The translations under genes and the position numbers were made by a program. A DNA stretch of 64,000 nt from the human T2T-CHM13v2.0 reference genome, Homo sapiens, in the NCBI RefSeq assembly GCF_009914755.1, contig NC_060937.1; one strand, written 5' to 3'. A model generated the notes under the pieces. That model saw only the letters and a program-made list of their open reading frames with translations. It searched no databases and was not told where the DNA came from. This document shows, piece by piece, positions 42,080-54,721 of this stretch; position 1 is the stretch's first letter, and the number at the start of each line of letters is the position of its first letter.

Positions 42080-42500
42080 ACTCTGTAAACTAGTGAATAA
42101 TGTCATTGTTTGCTGACAGATTACTTAAGCTGCTCTCTGCTCAAGAAAACGTTTTGTTCATTTGAGCAAACAGCTGCTTTCTCAGGACCTAGGTCACTTA
42201 ACTGAGCAAACTGCCTACTTCTCAAAACATTGCTTATTATCAAGGGTTGCTTCAAGGACTTCACTTATCTCTGTGCACTAATCTTAAATTATTATATCAT
42301 AAACTTTGCTCCACTTTACTGAGATTCCTGTATTAAAGGGACTGGTTTAAACCACCAGTGCCTTGATCACAAAACCCTATTCTGACTTTCCTGTTGTAAA
42401 GTGTTACCCAGGCTCTGTGGAGATGATACTCTCCTTGGTATTATAGGAGTGAACTCAGCTTTCATGATCAACAGATACTCTTGTGGTCTTGGAAAATCTG
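42080..42500 (+). mobile_element. Probable old ERV1 LTR (MER110-like)
   Basis: 3' part ctctgtggagatgatactctcctt...aactcagctttcatgatcaacagat resembles the MER110-type U5 as recalled; weak. Confidence 0.35.
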
Positions 42501-43764
42501 TAGCTGGCACCTTTGAATTAAACCATTGCCAAGGATTCAGTGCATAGGTTGGCCAGCCTTTCTGTCCAGACCTAAATATCACTTTGGCAAGGAGAATGGG
42601 ATTACTCTTAACAACCACAACATTTAATTTTTTAAAAAATTCTCAATTAAACCACCTTTATACCTCCGATCACACAGTCAAATTGGGTGACGTTTGAAAA
42701 GAAAACATCTTTGCATTAGTACATATCTAGCTGAACACTTTTAGAAACCATAAAAAACAGGAACGTAAATTCTAAATGCATTTTACTGAAATGCTTATCT
42801 AACTCATTATAAAATAGATTTCAGAGTGTTTAAATCACACACTATATTGGTTGATTGGTTTATATTCACTCATCGAAATATTATTTTAAAATATAAAAAA
42901 GTGCTATGGGTGGAAATGTTTCCAATAGTCTTTTCTTCAACCTGGGAGCTCATATATTTGCCAAAAAATAGATTGCATTCTGTCCTTGAAAGCGTTGAAT
43001 CCATTTGACATATAAAATGCATTAGGTTTGAGTGGAGGCCAAACTTAGCAGAATGTTTTCACTCCTCCTTGCTGTTTAAGCCGGTGAACACATGACCTAA
43101 TATACAATACATGGTTTTAGAATTGCTGTGAAATGTGTTATAAAACAACAAATAAACTGCAATATTTGTATATACAAATTTGATAGCATTTTAAATTGCT
43201 CTTAACACATTTTGAAGCATTTAGAATTTTTCCTAAATGCTATTTTAGATATTATTGCTGTAACTATGTAATCATTATATTGTTATACATCAGAAATGTA
43301 AATGAAATAGTTAAAAGTGGCAACACTATTGTGTATCTTCTTTGGCCCTCTGTTTTCTTGAACACGTCTTTAGAAGATGTCTATTTCTTTCTGTGCTTAT
43401 GAAAAAAATCATGGACTGAGAACACTTTTCTGGTCATCATTTTGCCCTTCAACAAGTGAAAGAAAGTGTGCAGTTGCTTAAATTGTTGGAATAACATTCA
43501 GTTTAGAAGTGGACATTTATCTAAAATCTACCATCTTCTGGAGATAATTTTGTATCTCTTGGAAAAGTTCCAGCCCCTGTGCTGAATGAACTCATGATTT
43601 AGCTTTGGAAGCAAAAATCCCAGCACATTCTAAAGTGAGATAAGCAATAGAGAAATAAATACACCATGTGCACTGGGAAGACATTAAAAAAACTATTTAA
43701 TCAAGAAGAATAATAAAATATTAAAGTATTAGAACAGAAAGAAATCTGGGACATGCTCCTGCAG

Positions 43765-43900
43765 AACACTTGTAATTTCATAGGTGAGTAAAGAAAGGCC
43801 AAAGAGAAGGGGTTTATGTGAGGTGATCTCATTACTTCATGGCAGATATGAAACGGCAAAAATCCAGGATTCATTCTTCCTGGTCTATGACTTTTCTGTT
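43765..43900 (-). mobile_element. MIR fragment
   Basis: atttcataggtgagtaaagaaaggccaaagagaagggg...aatccagg...ttcctggtct. Confidence 0.5.
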
Positions 43901-44352
43901 AAACCTCAATCCTGTGTGAACCTGTTAGGTTAAATCCTTCATCAGTATTTGCATTGAGATTTCAACTTTGTCTTCTACAAACATTTCGTTTGATAGAATG
44001 TCATGTATGTCTTTTGGCAACAGAATGGGGTGAAGAGAACGCAACAGACCCAGTTCCTAAGTGAGGTTCATTTATGTCCTGCCCAGGAAGGAGTACTAAG
44101 ACAGAAAAAAACATGACTTTAGAAAACTCTAATCTGTCACTTTGTGGTTGATTACCTTGTTTCTAACTGGATGGGAGAAGGGAACACTTGTTTAAATGAG
44201 AGTGAATTTATGGCCATATAAATCACTAACTAACTCTTAAGGTATCTTTCTCTCCGATCAGGAGAAAAAATGTCTACAAAGAGTAACCCAAGGCAATATT
44301 CAGAAAAGTTGATCTTCACCATGTCTCCTGATAGTTAGTTTAAAATATCATT

Positions 44353-44419
44353 AGTTTTAAATATACCTTTTTGTGATTATGTCAAAGTTTTAAATATACT
44401 TTTTTTGTGATCATGTCAA
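44353..44419. repeat. 33-34 bp tandem duplication (2 copies)
   Basis: agttttaaatatacctttttgtgattatgtcaa followed by a near-identical copy ending gtgatcatgtcaa. Confidence 0.9.
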
Positions 44420-45269
44420 AAGTATTATATTTTAGCAGCTCAACTAAGAGAATTGCCTAGATCTGAAATGGCATGCAATTATGGGCACATTGTCTATATT
44501 CACACACAAGCACATTCAACAGATAAATTTTATTTGCACATTACAGATGAAGATTGAAAATGTTAACTAAATTCTAATGCAAAACATGACAAAAAAATTC
44601 AAAATTACTCCAAGACTATGTATGCAAATATTCCTACAACGTAAGTGTTAGTACCAAAAATCTGTAGGGTTTCCTTAAAATAAATTATGCCAGTTCCAAT
44701 AGTCAAAGTTGATTAAAGAAAGATGGAAGTTTACAAATGATCACAAACGGTACATATTAAATGAATGATTTTATAAAATGATAATTATGTGTACATTTAA
44801 TATCAATAATTTGGTCATGAATATTATCCATAGTTTTAGAATGTGAAAAATTATAAACAGCATATATATATTTGTTATGAGTAGGAAAATCACATGTTAA
44901 TGTGTATGTGTACATATATACACGTTAATCCAAACATAAATATACACACATATTTAGGAGGTATATATTTTGTTCAGATGAGTTCATAGCAAACATACAA
45001 TATAGTGTATTATGTAGATTCAGTTAGTATAAAAATGTAATACCAGAGCCAGTAATTTATTCACATTGCAACAAAACAATTAAATTAAAACAACTTGATA
45101 ATCATATACTAATTTCATTTTGTGATAACTTTACTTGTATTGCATTATTTAGTACAAATGTTCTACTTTTTCAATTACAAAAGATAATATGAAAAATAGC
45201 TGAGCTACAGGTGTATCCTGATAAGAATAATATAGAATAAGAATGTTACTGGCTGAATAATATCATGGT

Positions 45270-45385
45270 TAAATATTTTATAAAAACTTATTGAATCCTC
45301 ACTGTGAACCAGGTAAGTTTCTAGGAGCTGGAAGTGCAGTGGAACATAAAAGAGCTCCTTTGCTTACAAGGAGCTAATATTATGT
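45270..45385 (-). mobile_element. L2 3'-end fragment
   Basis: aaacttattgaatcctcactgtgaaccagg...ttctaggagctgga...gcagtggaacataa. Confidence 0.6.
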
Positions 45386-45729
45386 TTAATAAATAGCTCA
45401 TTTAAGTTATCAATTTCGGGCAGGTATTAAATAGATGACTGCAATCTGAGAAACTGTAAGCTGGAAGGTCTTATGACCAAGCCCAGAGATGGGCTTCAAA
45501 TGAAGACCAAGTGGCCCTGAGTTGATTACCTGAAAAAAATGTGGTTAAATGAAGTAGAAAATGGCCCAGGTGAGCTGAGAGACTTCTCTATTCGTTAATT
45601 GTTCCTAACTGTCCTAGAAGACAGCCCAGGATTGGGAAAGCATTGTATTTAAAGTAGAATTGTTCACAGGAAGAAAAGTAAGGGAGAATGCAATTTAAAA
45701 GTAAATTTACTAAATACATTAAATAACTA

Positions 45730-45865
45730 GTATCAGAGTCTTGCAAGGTGTTATCATTGGTGGACACTGGGTAAAGGGCACACGGGATCTCTCTGCCTTA
45801 TTTCTTACAACTGCATATGAATCTAAAATGATCTCAAAATAAAGAGCTTAATGTAAAAAGTAAAT
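45730..45865 (+). mobile_element. L1MC/MD-type extreme 3' end
   Basis: ttgcaaggtgttatcattggtggacactgggtaaagggcacacgggatctctctg...atttcttacaactgcatatgaatct...ctcaaaataaa. Confidence 0.8.
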
Positions 45866-46296
45866 GAATTTAAGTATAAGTAAACATCCCTTACATGGTA
45901 CTATCATTAGAAAATGGAGTCTATCTCAGATCATTCTTCCTGGAGAACCAAGTCCACTGGCTAAATGGGAATACCTTGGCCCATGTAGGCTCCATTTATT
46001 GATTTCTTGCCCATGCCCCGATTTGTGCCTCCTTTGCCCTTGCCTTCAGATTGCTGGGGGAATTTAGTTAATGGGAAGCACTGTTGAAAAATTGGAGTAG
46101 GAAAAGAAGAGAAACCAAGAATTTCTACCCTTCTCTTCTTGTCTTGGTGTCCTCTCACAGGTCTTACAGTCAGGTCCGCTGTGATTTCATCTTTCATCTT
46201 GTGCTTGGTGACTATAGCTTCTGGTCTTCAGTAATGTTATCTGTTTCTTTTGTTTAGTAGCAACTTAGAGGAGTTATTAAGCTTGGGGTTGCCTCA

Positions 46297-46690
46297 TGCT
46301 CTGGTCTGATTGAGTCCCTCAGAATTTGTATGTTGAAACTTAGTGCCCAATGTGATTGTATTTAGAGGAGGAGGCTTTAGGAGATGATTACATCATGAGG
46401 TTAGAACTCTCAGGCATAGGATTTGTGCCCTGATAAAAGGGCTTGAGGGAATGAGTTTGGTCTTTTCTGCTCTTCTACAGTGTAAGGATACAGCACTTGT
46501 CCTCTCAAGAAAAAGCAGCATTTATGGTTCCATCTTGAATAAAAAGACTGGAGCTTCACCAAACACCAAACCTGTTGGCCCCTTGGTCTTGGACTGCCCA
46601 GCCTGAAGACCTGTAAAAAACAAGTTCCTGTTGTTTACAAATTACCCAATCTCAGGTATTTTGTTTCAGCTGTACGAACAGACTATGATA
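46297..46690 (+). mobile_element. MSTC/MSTD-like solo LTR
   Basis: tgctctggtctga...gtatgttgaaact...aattacccaatctcaggtattttg...gaacagactatgata; TSD cctca/tctca. Confidence 0.85.
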
Positions 46691-48914
46691 TCTCATACGC
46701 CTGTGGCTGCTCTTTTGATTTTTGATTCCCTGGCAGAAACCTGTGGGAAATAACAGGGTAGCCAAAGTCAACTGAACTGAAGAAAACCAGTGTTGAGAAA
46801 GGGATCTTTAAGCAAGTGTTGTTGAAAAGTGCACAGAAACCGCAGATGTTTGGTTTATCAAAAGGAATATTTTCCTTTTTCTGTGTTCCCATAGTGTTTT
46901 ATAGCATAGCTCTTACTACATCTTGTTTGTGTGTGTGCGTGTGTTGTCTTCTCCCCTAAGTACTCTAAGATTTGCTAAAGTATCTATATAAGGAAGGTTC
47001 TTAATACGTATTTGTAGAATTAATCAATACATTTTTATCTTCCCATAACTAAAATATTCTAATACTATTTTTTAGAAAAACAAAAATTGAGTAAAACCAA
47101 TTATTTAAATGCTCTATAAGCCTCCTAATTGCTGATCTGTATAAAATGTAATAAGAGCTCTACAAATTAAATTTATATAAATCAAGATTTTGTTACAGAG
47201 CAAATAGCATTTTTATATTAAATTTCTTAGTTCTCAGTTTGTTTCTTCAGGTCTTTAGGAACTGCATTAAAATAAAATTAGAGAACATGGTGCAGATGTA
47301 AGTGATTGAAGTTTTAAGTTTTTAAACAACACTGGTTAACTTTGTTTTTCTAATCGATTCTGCCAATCAACTAATTGTTTTTATTCAAATCATTTGATAT
47401 TATCATAAATAAACCATAATTGCTCTTTTATTTTCTGTCCCGCCAACAGGCAGATGACAATAAAGTTGAATTCTGGAAATCTCCTCTATTCCTCAGTGGT
47501 ATTGTTTGACACACCGAGTTTATCATCTTTATGAATAAAATTTGCCTACATGTACTAGAGAAATCATATATGACAGAATCTTGAGTAATATCCTTAGTGT
47601 AAATCTATGGAAGAATATTATATTTTAGAAAATAGTGTGCTGATCCTGCCTTGAGGCTTCTTCAGAATTACCATACATGTGACGAAGTGGCTTAGTGCTG
47701 TTAATTACTCTAAAGAAGATGTTAAATGTAATAGGAAAAAGGTCTTTGATATGGGCATCAAGAAAGGTAATATTTCGGATTAGACTTTTTCACTCATTAT
47801 TGATGTTGTTTCAAATCAATGATTCCAAAGAGCACTCAACTACTCAGTTTTGTCAGTAAAATCCCAAGACATTAAAGCTCAAGATTTTTTTTTTCACATT
47901 TAAGCTCATAGACATAATAGAAATATGAAATAGGCACTCAGATAGATCAGTTTGTCTCATATGGTTCTCCAAATTGGCTTCATTATTCTCCTTAATAAAC
48001 AGACTCTTGTAGATTAGTGAAGGATGTGAAAGCAGTGTATTTGTTTTTACCAAGATGAGCAGTAATTCTTCTCATTTATTTTAAAATGCATCCAAAGGTT
48101 CATTTGGGAAGAACTTCCATAATTGGCATGTGTTAATCATACCAGAGTTAAACATGATGGGGAAGGCAGAGAAAGACATTTTCAGGGGAAATTAATTACA
48201 TTTGGACTCTTTGGCAAGGGGATGATTAGAAAGAAAAGCCTAGCTGGAATGATGATAAAAAGCTTGATTTCTTACTCAAGAGATTTAGGAGGCAGTTTGA
48301 AAATTTCTTGAAAAGGTTTAAGGTTAACAAAAAAAACAAGCCAAACCTTTAGAAAATGTGATGGAAGAACGATTTCCATAATTTAAAATTATGTTAAAAA
48401 CATGGGCACGTTTTCCTCTTGGCACGAACATTCAGACACAGTTTTAGCTGTCTGCCTGTTGAATACTTGGCCTTCCTAAAACAATCCATTATGTGTAATG
48501 TGTAAGCAGTGGCGAATGGTAACTATCATTACCAGGTGGTTATTTGCAATGCAAATTCTAAGTCCTAACTCATAGCTGGTAGGCTCTGGCAGTTGCCAAA
48601 CAGCTGGGGTTTGAACCCTAAATCCGTAGTATAGACAGCAATGTAATTCCAGGAGAATTTCTCAAAATATATTAATTTTCTCCAATGTTATTCATAGTGA
48701 TTATTTATAACACCAAAGAGCTCAAGGTGTTGTTAGAGACACCACAAAATTAAATCAGAAAGATACAGTCCTTTTTTTCTTAGAGAATAATTTTCAAAGA
48801 AAAAAATCACATACAAAATTATTGAAAATATGCATTAAATAAATTTACTGATTAAAAATTAAATTTTGCTCTTATTAGCCATATAAATACTAAATAACCA
48901 CTTTTGGTCTGGCA

Positions 48915-49630
48915 TTTGGCCCACCGTTCTAGCCAAATTATCCTCGAACATTACCAATGGCCTCCTGATTGAAACATTTTGTGTTTCCTTTTTCTCATTA
49001 CTCTTATCCTTCAAGGTCAATCTGCGAGTACCACTATTGACCATCATTTCCTTCTTAAAATGCTTTCCTCCCCAGCTTCTATGATAATGAATTACTTAGA
49101 TAGCCAGAATTTTGACTGCATATTCCCTTCTGGCAATATTTTCTCTTTTACCTCTTGAGTTTCTTCCCAAGGATGTTCTTTTGATTACCTTGCTTAATCT
49201 AATTTGTTCGGCATTCCTATACATTTCAATGGCCTTAAATGAGATCAGTGTAAGTGAATCATAAATATTTAGCCCTTGCATGCAGGCTCTCTCAAGCACA
49301 AATATCTACTTTTCTTCAACTTAATTTCAACTTGGGTCAAAATCAAATATATATTATTTTCTCCAAACCTTTTCAGCACCTTCCAGATTATCCCATGTCT
49401 GTTACAATACCAGTACTTTTTGTGAAGTAAGCCAGGATTGAGTTTTTAGGAGTCTCACACTTTCTCCATTTATTATTTGTCACCTAGTCTTTTTAAATTA
49501 TTTTTAAAAATTCCCTCAACACTATGCCATTAATTCCTTCTGCATTTTCCTGCACTGTTGAATATGCCTCAATAAACCTCCACTCAATATAGGCCCATCA
49601 ACATTTTTTTCATCCTGATTCTTTTACAGT
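48915..49630 (+). mobile_element. L2 internal fragments
   Basis: attaccaatggcctcctgattg...ttgaccatcatttccttcttaaaatgctttcctccccagcttc...ttttctccaaacct. Confidence 0.55.
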
Positions 49631-49659
49631 GTCATACACATGCACTAGTTGGATTTAAT

Positions 49660-51395
49660 TTTTTATTTTTTCTTTTTCATGTATTTATTTTTATTATTGT
49701 TATACTTTAAGTTCTGGGATACATGTGCAGAATGTGCAGGTTTATTACATAGGTATACACATGCCATGGTGGTTTGCTGCACCCATCAACCCATCTTCTA
49801 CATTAGATATTTCTCCTAATGCTATCCCTCCCCTTGCCCCCCACCCCCCAACAGGTCCTGGTGTATGATGTTCCCCTCCCTGTGTCCATGTGTTCTCATT
49901 GTTCAGCTCCCACTTATGAATGAGAACATGTGATGTTTGGTTTTCTGTTCCCGTGTTAGTTTGCTGAGAATGATGGTTTCCAGCTTCCTTTGTGTCCCTG
50001 CAAAGGACATGAACTCATCCTTTTTCATGGCTGCATAGTATTCCATGTTGTATATGTGCCACAGTTTCTTTATCCAGTCTATCATTGATGGGTATTTGTG
50101 TTGGTTCCAAGTCTTGCTATTGTGAACAGTGCTGGAATAAACATATGTGTGTGTGTGTCTTTATAGTAGAATGATTTATAATCCTTTGGGTATATACCCA
50201 GCAATGGGATTGCTGGGTCAAATGGAATTCCTGGTTCTAGATCCTTAAGGAATCGCCAAACTGTCTTCAACAATGTTTGAACTAATTTACACTCCCACCA
50301 ACAGTGTAAAAGCATTCCTGTTTCTCCACATCCTCTCCAGCATCTGTTGTTTCCTGACTTGTTGATCACCATTCTAACTGGCTTGAGATGGTATCTCATT
50401 GTGGTTTTGATTTCCATTTCTCTAATGACCAGTGATGATGAGCTTTTTTTCATATGTTTTTTGGCCACATAAATATTTTCTTTTGAGAAGTGTCTGTTCA
50501 TATACTTTACCTACTTTTTGACAGGGTTGTTTGTTTTTTTTTTTCTTGTAAATTTATCTAAGTTCCATGTAGATTATAGATATTAGCCCTTTGTCAGATT
50601 GGAAAATTGCAAAATTTTTCTGCCATTCTGTAGGTTACCTGTTCACTCTGGTGATAATTTCTTCGTGCAGAAGCGCTTTAGTTTAATTAGATCCCAGTTG
50701 TTAATTGTGGCTTTTGTTGCCATTGCTTTTGGTATTTTAGTACTGAAGTCTTTGCCCATGCCTATGTCCTGAATGGTATTGCCTAGGTTTTCTTCTAGGG
50801 TTTTTATGGTTTTAGGTCTTAGGTTTAAGTCTTTAATCTATCTCGAGTTAATTTTTGCATAAGGTGTAAGGAAGGGGTCCAGGTTCAGTTTTCTGCATAT
50901 GGCCAGCCAGTTTTCCCAACACAATTTATTAAATAAGGAATCCTTTCCCCATTGCTTGTTTTTCTCAGGTTTGTCAAAGATCAGATGATTGCAGATGTGT
51001 GGCATTATTTCTGAAGTCTCTGTTTTGTTCCATTGGTCTATATATCTGTTTTTGTACCAGTACCATGATGTTTTGGTTACTGTAGCCTTGTAGTATAGTT
51101 TGAAGTCAGGTAGAATGATGCCTCCAGCTTTGTTCTTTTTGCTTAGGATTTTCTTGGCTATATGGGCTCTTTTTTGATTCCATATGAAATTTAAAGTAGT
51201 TTTTTTCTAATTCTGTGAAGAAAGTCAATGGTAGCTTGATGGGGATGACATTGAATCTATAAATTACTTTGGGCAGTATGGCCATTTTCACAATATTGAT
51301 TCTTCCTATGAATGAGCATGCAATGTTTTTCCATTTGTTTTTGTCCTGTCTGATTTCCTTGCGTAGTAGTTTGTAGTTCTCCTTAAAGTGGTCCT
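49660..51395 (-). mobile_element. 5'-truncated LINE-1 (L1PA7-like): 3' ORF2 plus 3'UTR, decayed
   Basis: ORFs 50082-50501 ([23 protein letters not shown]) and 51106-51471 ([28 protein letters not shown]) are ORF2; 3'UTR tatactttaagttctgggatacatgtgcag. Confidence 0.95.
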
Positions 51396-51812
51396 TTTTC
51401 TTTATTATGTGCATGTGTCTACCTGTCAAGGGCACCAGCATTTTAATTTTTATAAATAAATGTATGTACACACATTTATAATTATGTGTACATATGTATA
51501 TATGTACATATGTGTGAGTTCACATTTGTATATTTATATAATATATAATTTTTTCTTAGTAGATCATAAATTTCTTAATCCTGAGTTCACATTATAGTAC
51601 TAATATGCCCTGTAGTATTAATATATTGAAAGACAAAGATATTGGCAGGCTACAAGTTGAGTGTTTGGAGGAAAAAATTGACATGGATGGAAGGATGACA
51701 AAATAGATTAAAATGTAGAAAAGCAAATGCACAGGATTTTTATGATGTTCTTAGGAGCTTAGGGAAGATTGCTATCCTCTATCAATCTGAGATAAGAAAT
51801 TTACACAGTGTA

Positions 51813-51814
<2 letters not shown>

Positions 51815-51853
<39 letters not shown>

Positions 51854-51892
51854 GTCTTTCTCTTTGTTTCTTTGTTTCTTTTTCTTTCTTTC

Positions 51893-51935
<43 letters not shown>

Positions 51936-51974
51936 TTTTCTTTCTTTTCTTTATCTTCTTTTCTTTTTTTTTAT

Positions 51975-51980
<6 letters not shown>
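51815..51980. repeat. (TA)n followed by (TTTC)n (expanded Alu tail)
   Basis: Directly visible. Confidence 0.95.
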
Positions 51981-52263
<283 letters not shown>

Positions 52264-52429
52264 AGCACAGTGTAATGTTTTCATCAACAATTGAGGCTTA
52301 TATTCATTAAGTAAATAATATAAATGCACAAGACCTGAACTTACTGGGAAACAAAAATGGAATGAGGAAGTCTGATACATCCTTTTAGAGATACACTCAG
52401 AAATTTTAACTATAAGAAATTAATGATAC

Positions 52430-52660
52430 CATGATTAAGAGCTAGGATTAAATGTCATTCTGAGGTTAAAATTGTTACATTACCAATTAATTTTTCTGTG
52501 ACTTTGGGGAAGTTATGTGGATTCTTAACTTCAGTTATCACATATATTAAATAAGAACAATAATAATATCTCCCCGAGTATCTTTTACTTGTTAATTTTG
52601 AAATAAAATAAACTTTACCACAACTTCAGCATAAAGTACGCTCTCAGGGAATGGTCGTTG
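52430..52660 (+). mobile_element. MIR SINE, diverged
   Basis: ctgtgactttggggaagtta...ttcagttatcacatatattaaataagaacaataataatatct. Confidence 0.55.
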
Positions 52661-52929
52661 TTACTGGATTGTCAAGAGACAGGCTCCCTGCCAGCTAGAG
52701 CTGATCAAATCAAACCATGCCCATTCTCTATTAATGAATGCATTATACTTTACTAGCATCACTCATTGCAAATCACTTTTGGTCACCAGTCTGTGAGCTG
52801 ATTGTTACAGGATGCATGCCCTTTTTCTTCTCCTAGATATCTTCTACGCAATCACATAGCCTGGCATGTTGTTGGTGGTAGAATTCCAAAAAAGAATTGT
52901 TGGATATTTTGTTATAAGTAAATAAATGA

Positions 52930-53190
52930 GATACAATAAGTATATATAAAATTATATTTCATTATATTTATATATAATTGTTTTATTTTATATATATTAG
53001 ACATATATCTATATAATAAATGTATTTCATATAATGTATACACATAAAATATATAATATATAATATTTAATATACAACATTTAATATACATGTCTATAAT
53101 GTATTACATACAACATGTAATAGGTACAAATTAATAAATGAATATGACTACATAAAATATATAAATTATAAATGTTTAAAGAATAATATA
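52930..53190. repeat. AT-rich low-complexity region
   Basis: Degenerate (TA)/(TATAA) run. Confidence 0.8.
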
Positions 53191-54214
53191 TTAATTGCTC
53201 CTCTTATCACTAGTTTTCTCAATTTTATCTAGTGATATTTTTCTAGAAAAAGACTAATTATGGCAAATAACAATTCAATTTCTCTATATTGTGTTTGCAA
53301 ATTTAATGCCAAAGATACTTAGCAAGCCAGTTAATCTATAGAGTGTTCTCAACTTCCATTGTTTTAAATAGAGTATGCTATTTTTTTCACTATTTCATTT
53401 AAATTTCAATCAGCATGTCATGGCCAGCCCAACCATTAAGATGTTATGGAATGTAAAATGCAATTAGCACTCCAGTGATTAAATAAATGTTACTGTAGGA
53501 CAACTAATCTTCTAAATACACTATAAAAACAGCACTGGCATAAAATAACAAGAGCATATTTGATCAAAGAAATTAAACTAACAATTAAAAATTTTCTTTA
53601 AATTTATTGATTATTATGTGGTATGTCACATCCATATTGGTTCGTGATGATAATAATCTTAAAGTTCTGAAGTGGATGCAATGATGAGAAATTTAAAAAA
53701 CAATTTTCCTTTTCCTCCAAAATTTTTCAGGTGTTAGAGCATTTCTACATCATCCAGCATGCCTTCGTATTTTTTTAAAAAGTCACTTCTTCATCTAGAA
53801 TGTAATGCCAACTGGTTACTACATATATTTGGGAAATCCCTTCATTTTCATAAAACATAAAATAATTTTATTACAAAATTCTAAAACTGTAATATGTTTC
53901 TCATATGATACCTAATAATGTACCTATCCCATTTTGGTTTATTTGTAATGATGCACTTGGAAAAATGTTACAGTAAATGTTACCAACAATTAATCAATTT
54001 AGGATGAAATATTAAAATAAATTATGTTTCCTAAGAAAATCTCATGGAAATATTAGTTGATCAGTTTATCTCTTTTTACTGATATGTATCTACTGTCATT
54101 TAAAAATAACTATAACTTTCTTATGAAGACCTCTGGTTCTGAATAGCCGATCAGTTTATTTTATGTTGATATAATTTGAGGTATAAATAGCATGTTCTAG
54201 AATGGATCATCCCA

Positions 54215-54330
54215 ATCTTTTCTCCTTTTGTCTTTCCCTCCTTTCCTTCCTCCTTTCCTTCCTTCCTTCCTTCCTTCCTCCCTCCCTTCTTTCTTTTTCT
54301 TTCTGTCTCTATTTCTTTCTCTTCTTTCTA
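54215..54330. repeat. (TTCC)n/CT-rich simple repeat
   Basis: Directly visible. Confidence 0.9.
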
Positions 54331-54651
54331 TTGAATTCTATTTTTTGCTGTTTTTTAAAAAGCTAGTTCTTAATTTGTCCAATTTATGTTATTAAAAATC
54401 ACAATTTTTATATATGAAAAGTTGAAAAACATTTGTGATTGAAAGCAAATTAGTATATGTAACCTTTAAATGTGCATATTGTAAGCTGTATACTATTAAT
54501 GGGAAGGTCTCTTCCCTTCTCCTTGTTTTCTAATTAGTGATTCTAAGCATCCCAAGAAAAAATTCTTTGGCGTTGCTCCATCCGTCTCTTCCATCCCAAA
54601 TTCAGTGTAATCTGCCCCAAGCCCCACCACTAACAACATCACCAACACAAT

Positions 54652-54654
<3 letters not shown>

Positions 54655-54720
<66 letters not shown>

Positions 54721-54721
54721 T
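54655..54721. repeat. (TA)n plus poly(T) microsatellite
   Basis: Directly visible. Confidence 0.95.

Noticed and set aside
44353-44419. 33-34 bp direct repeats as a possible CRISPR-like array
   Set aside because: Only two adjacent copies with no spacer, in a eukaryotic context; an ordinary tandem duplication
50082-51471. ORFs with reverse-transcriptase-element protein similarity (also 1122, 7001, 9431-10385, 62161)
   Set aside because: All are frameshifted fragments of 5'-truncated LINE-1 ORF2, not functional genes or a novel RT system
53700-53780. + strand acceptor-like ttttcctttcctccaaaatttttcAG
   Set aside because: No good downstream donor within exon distance
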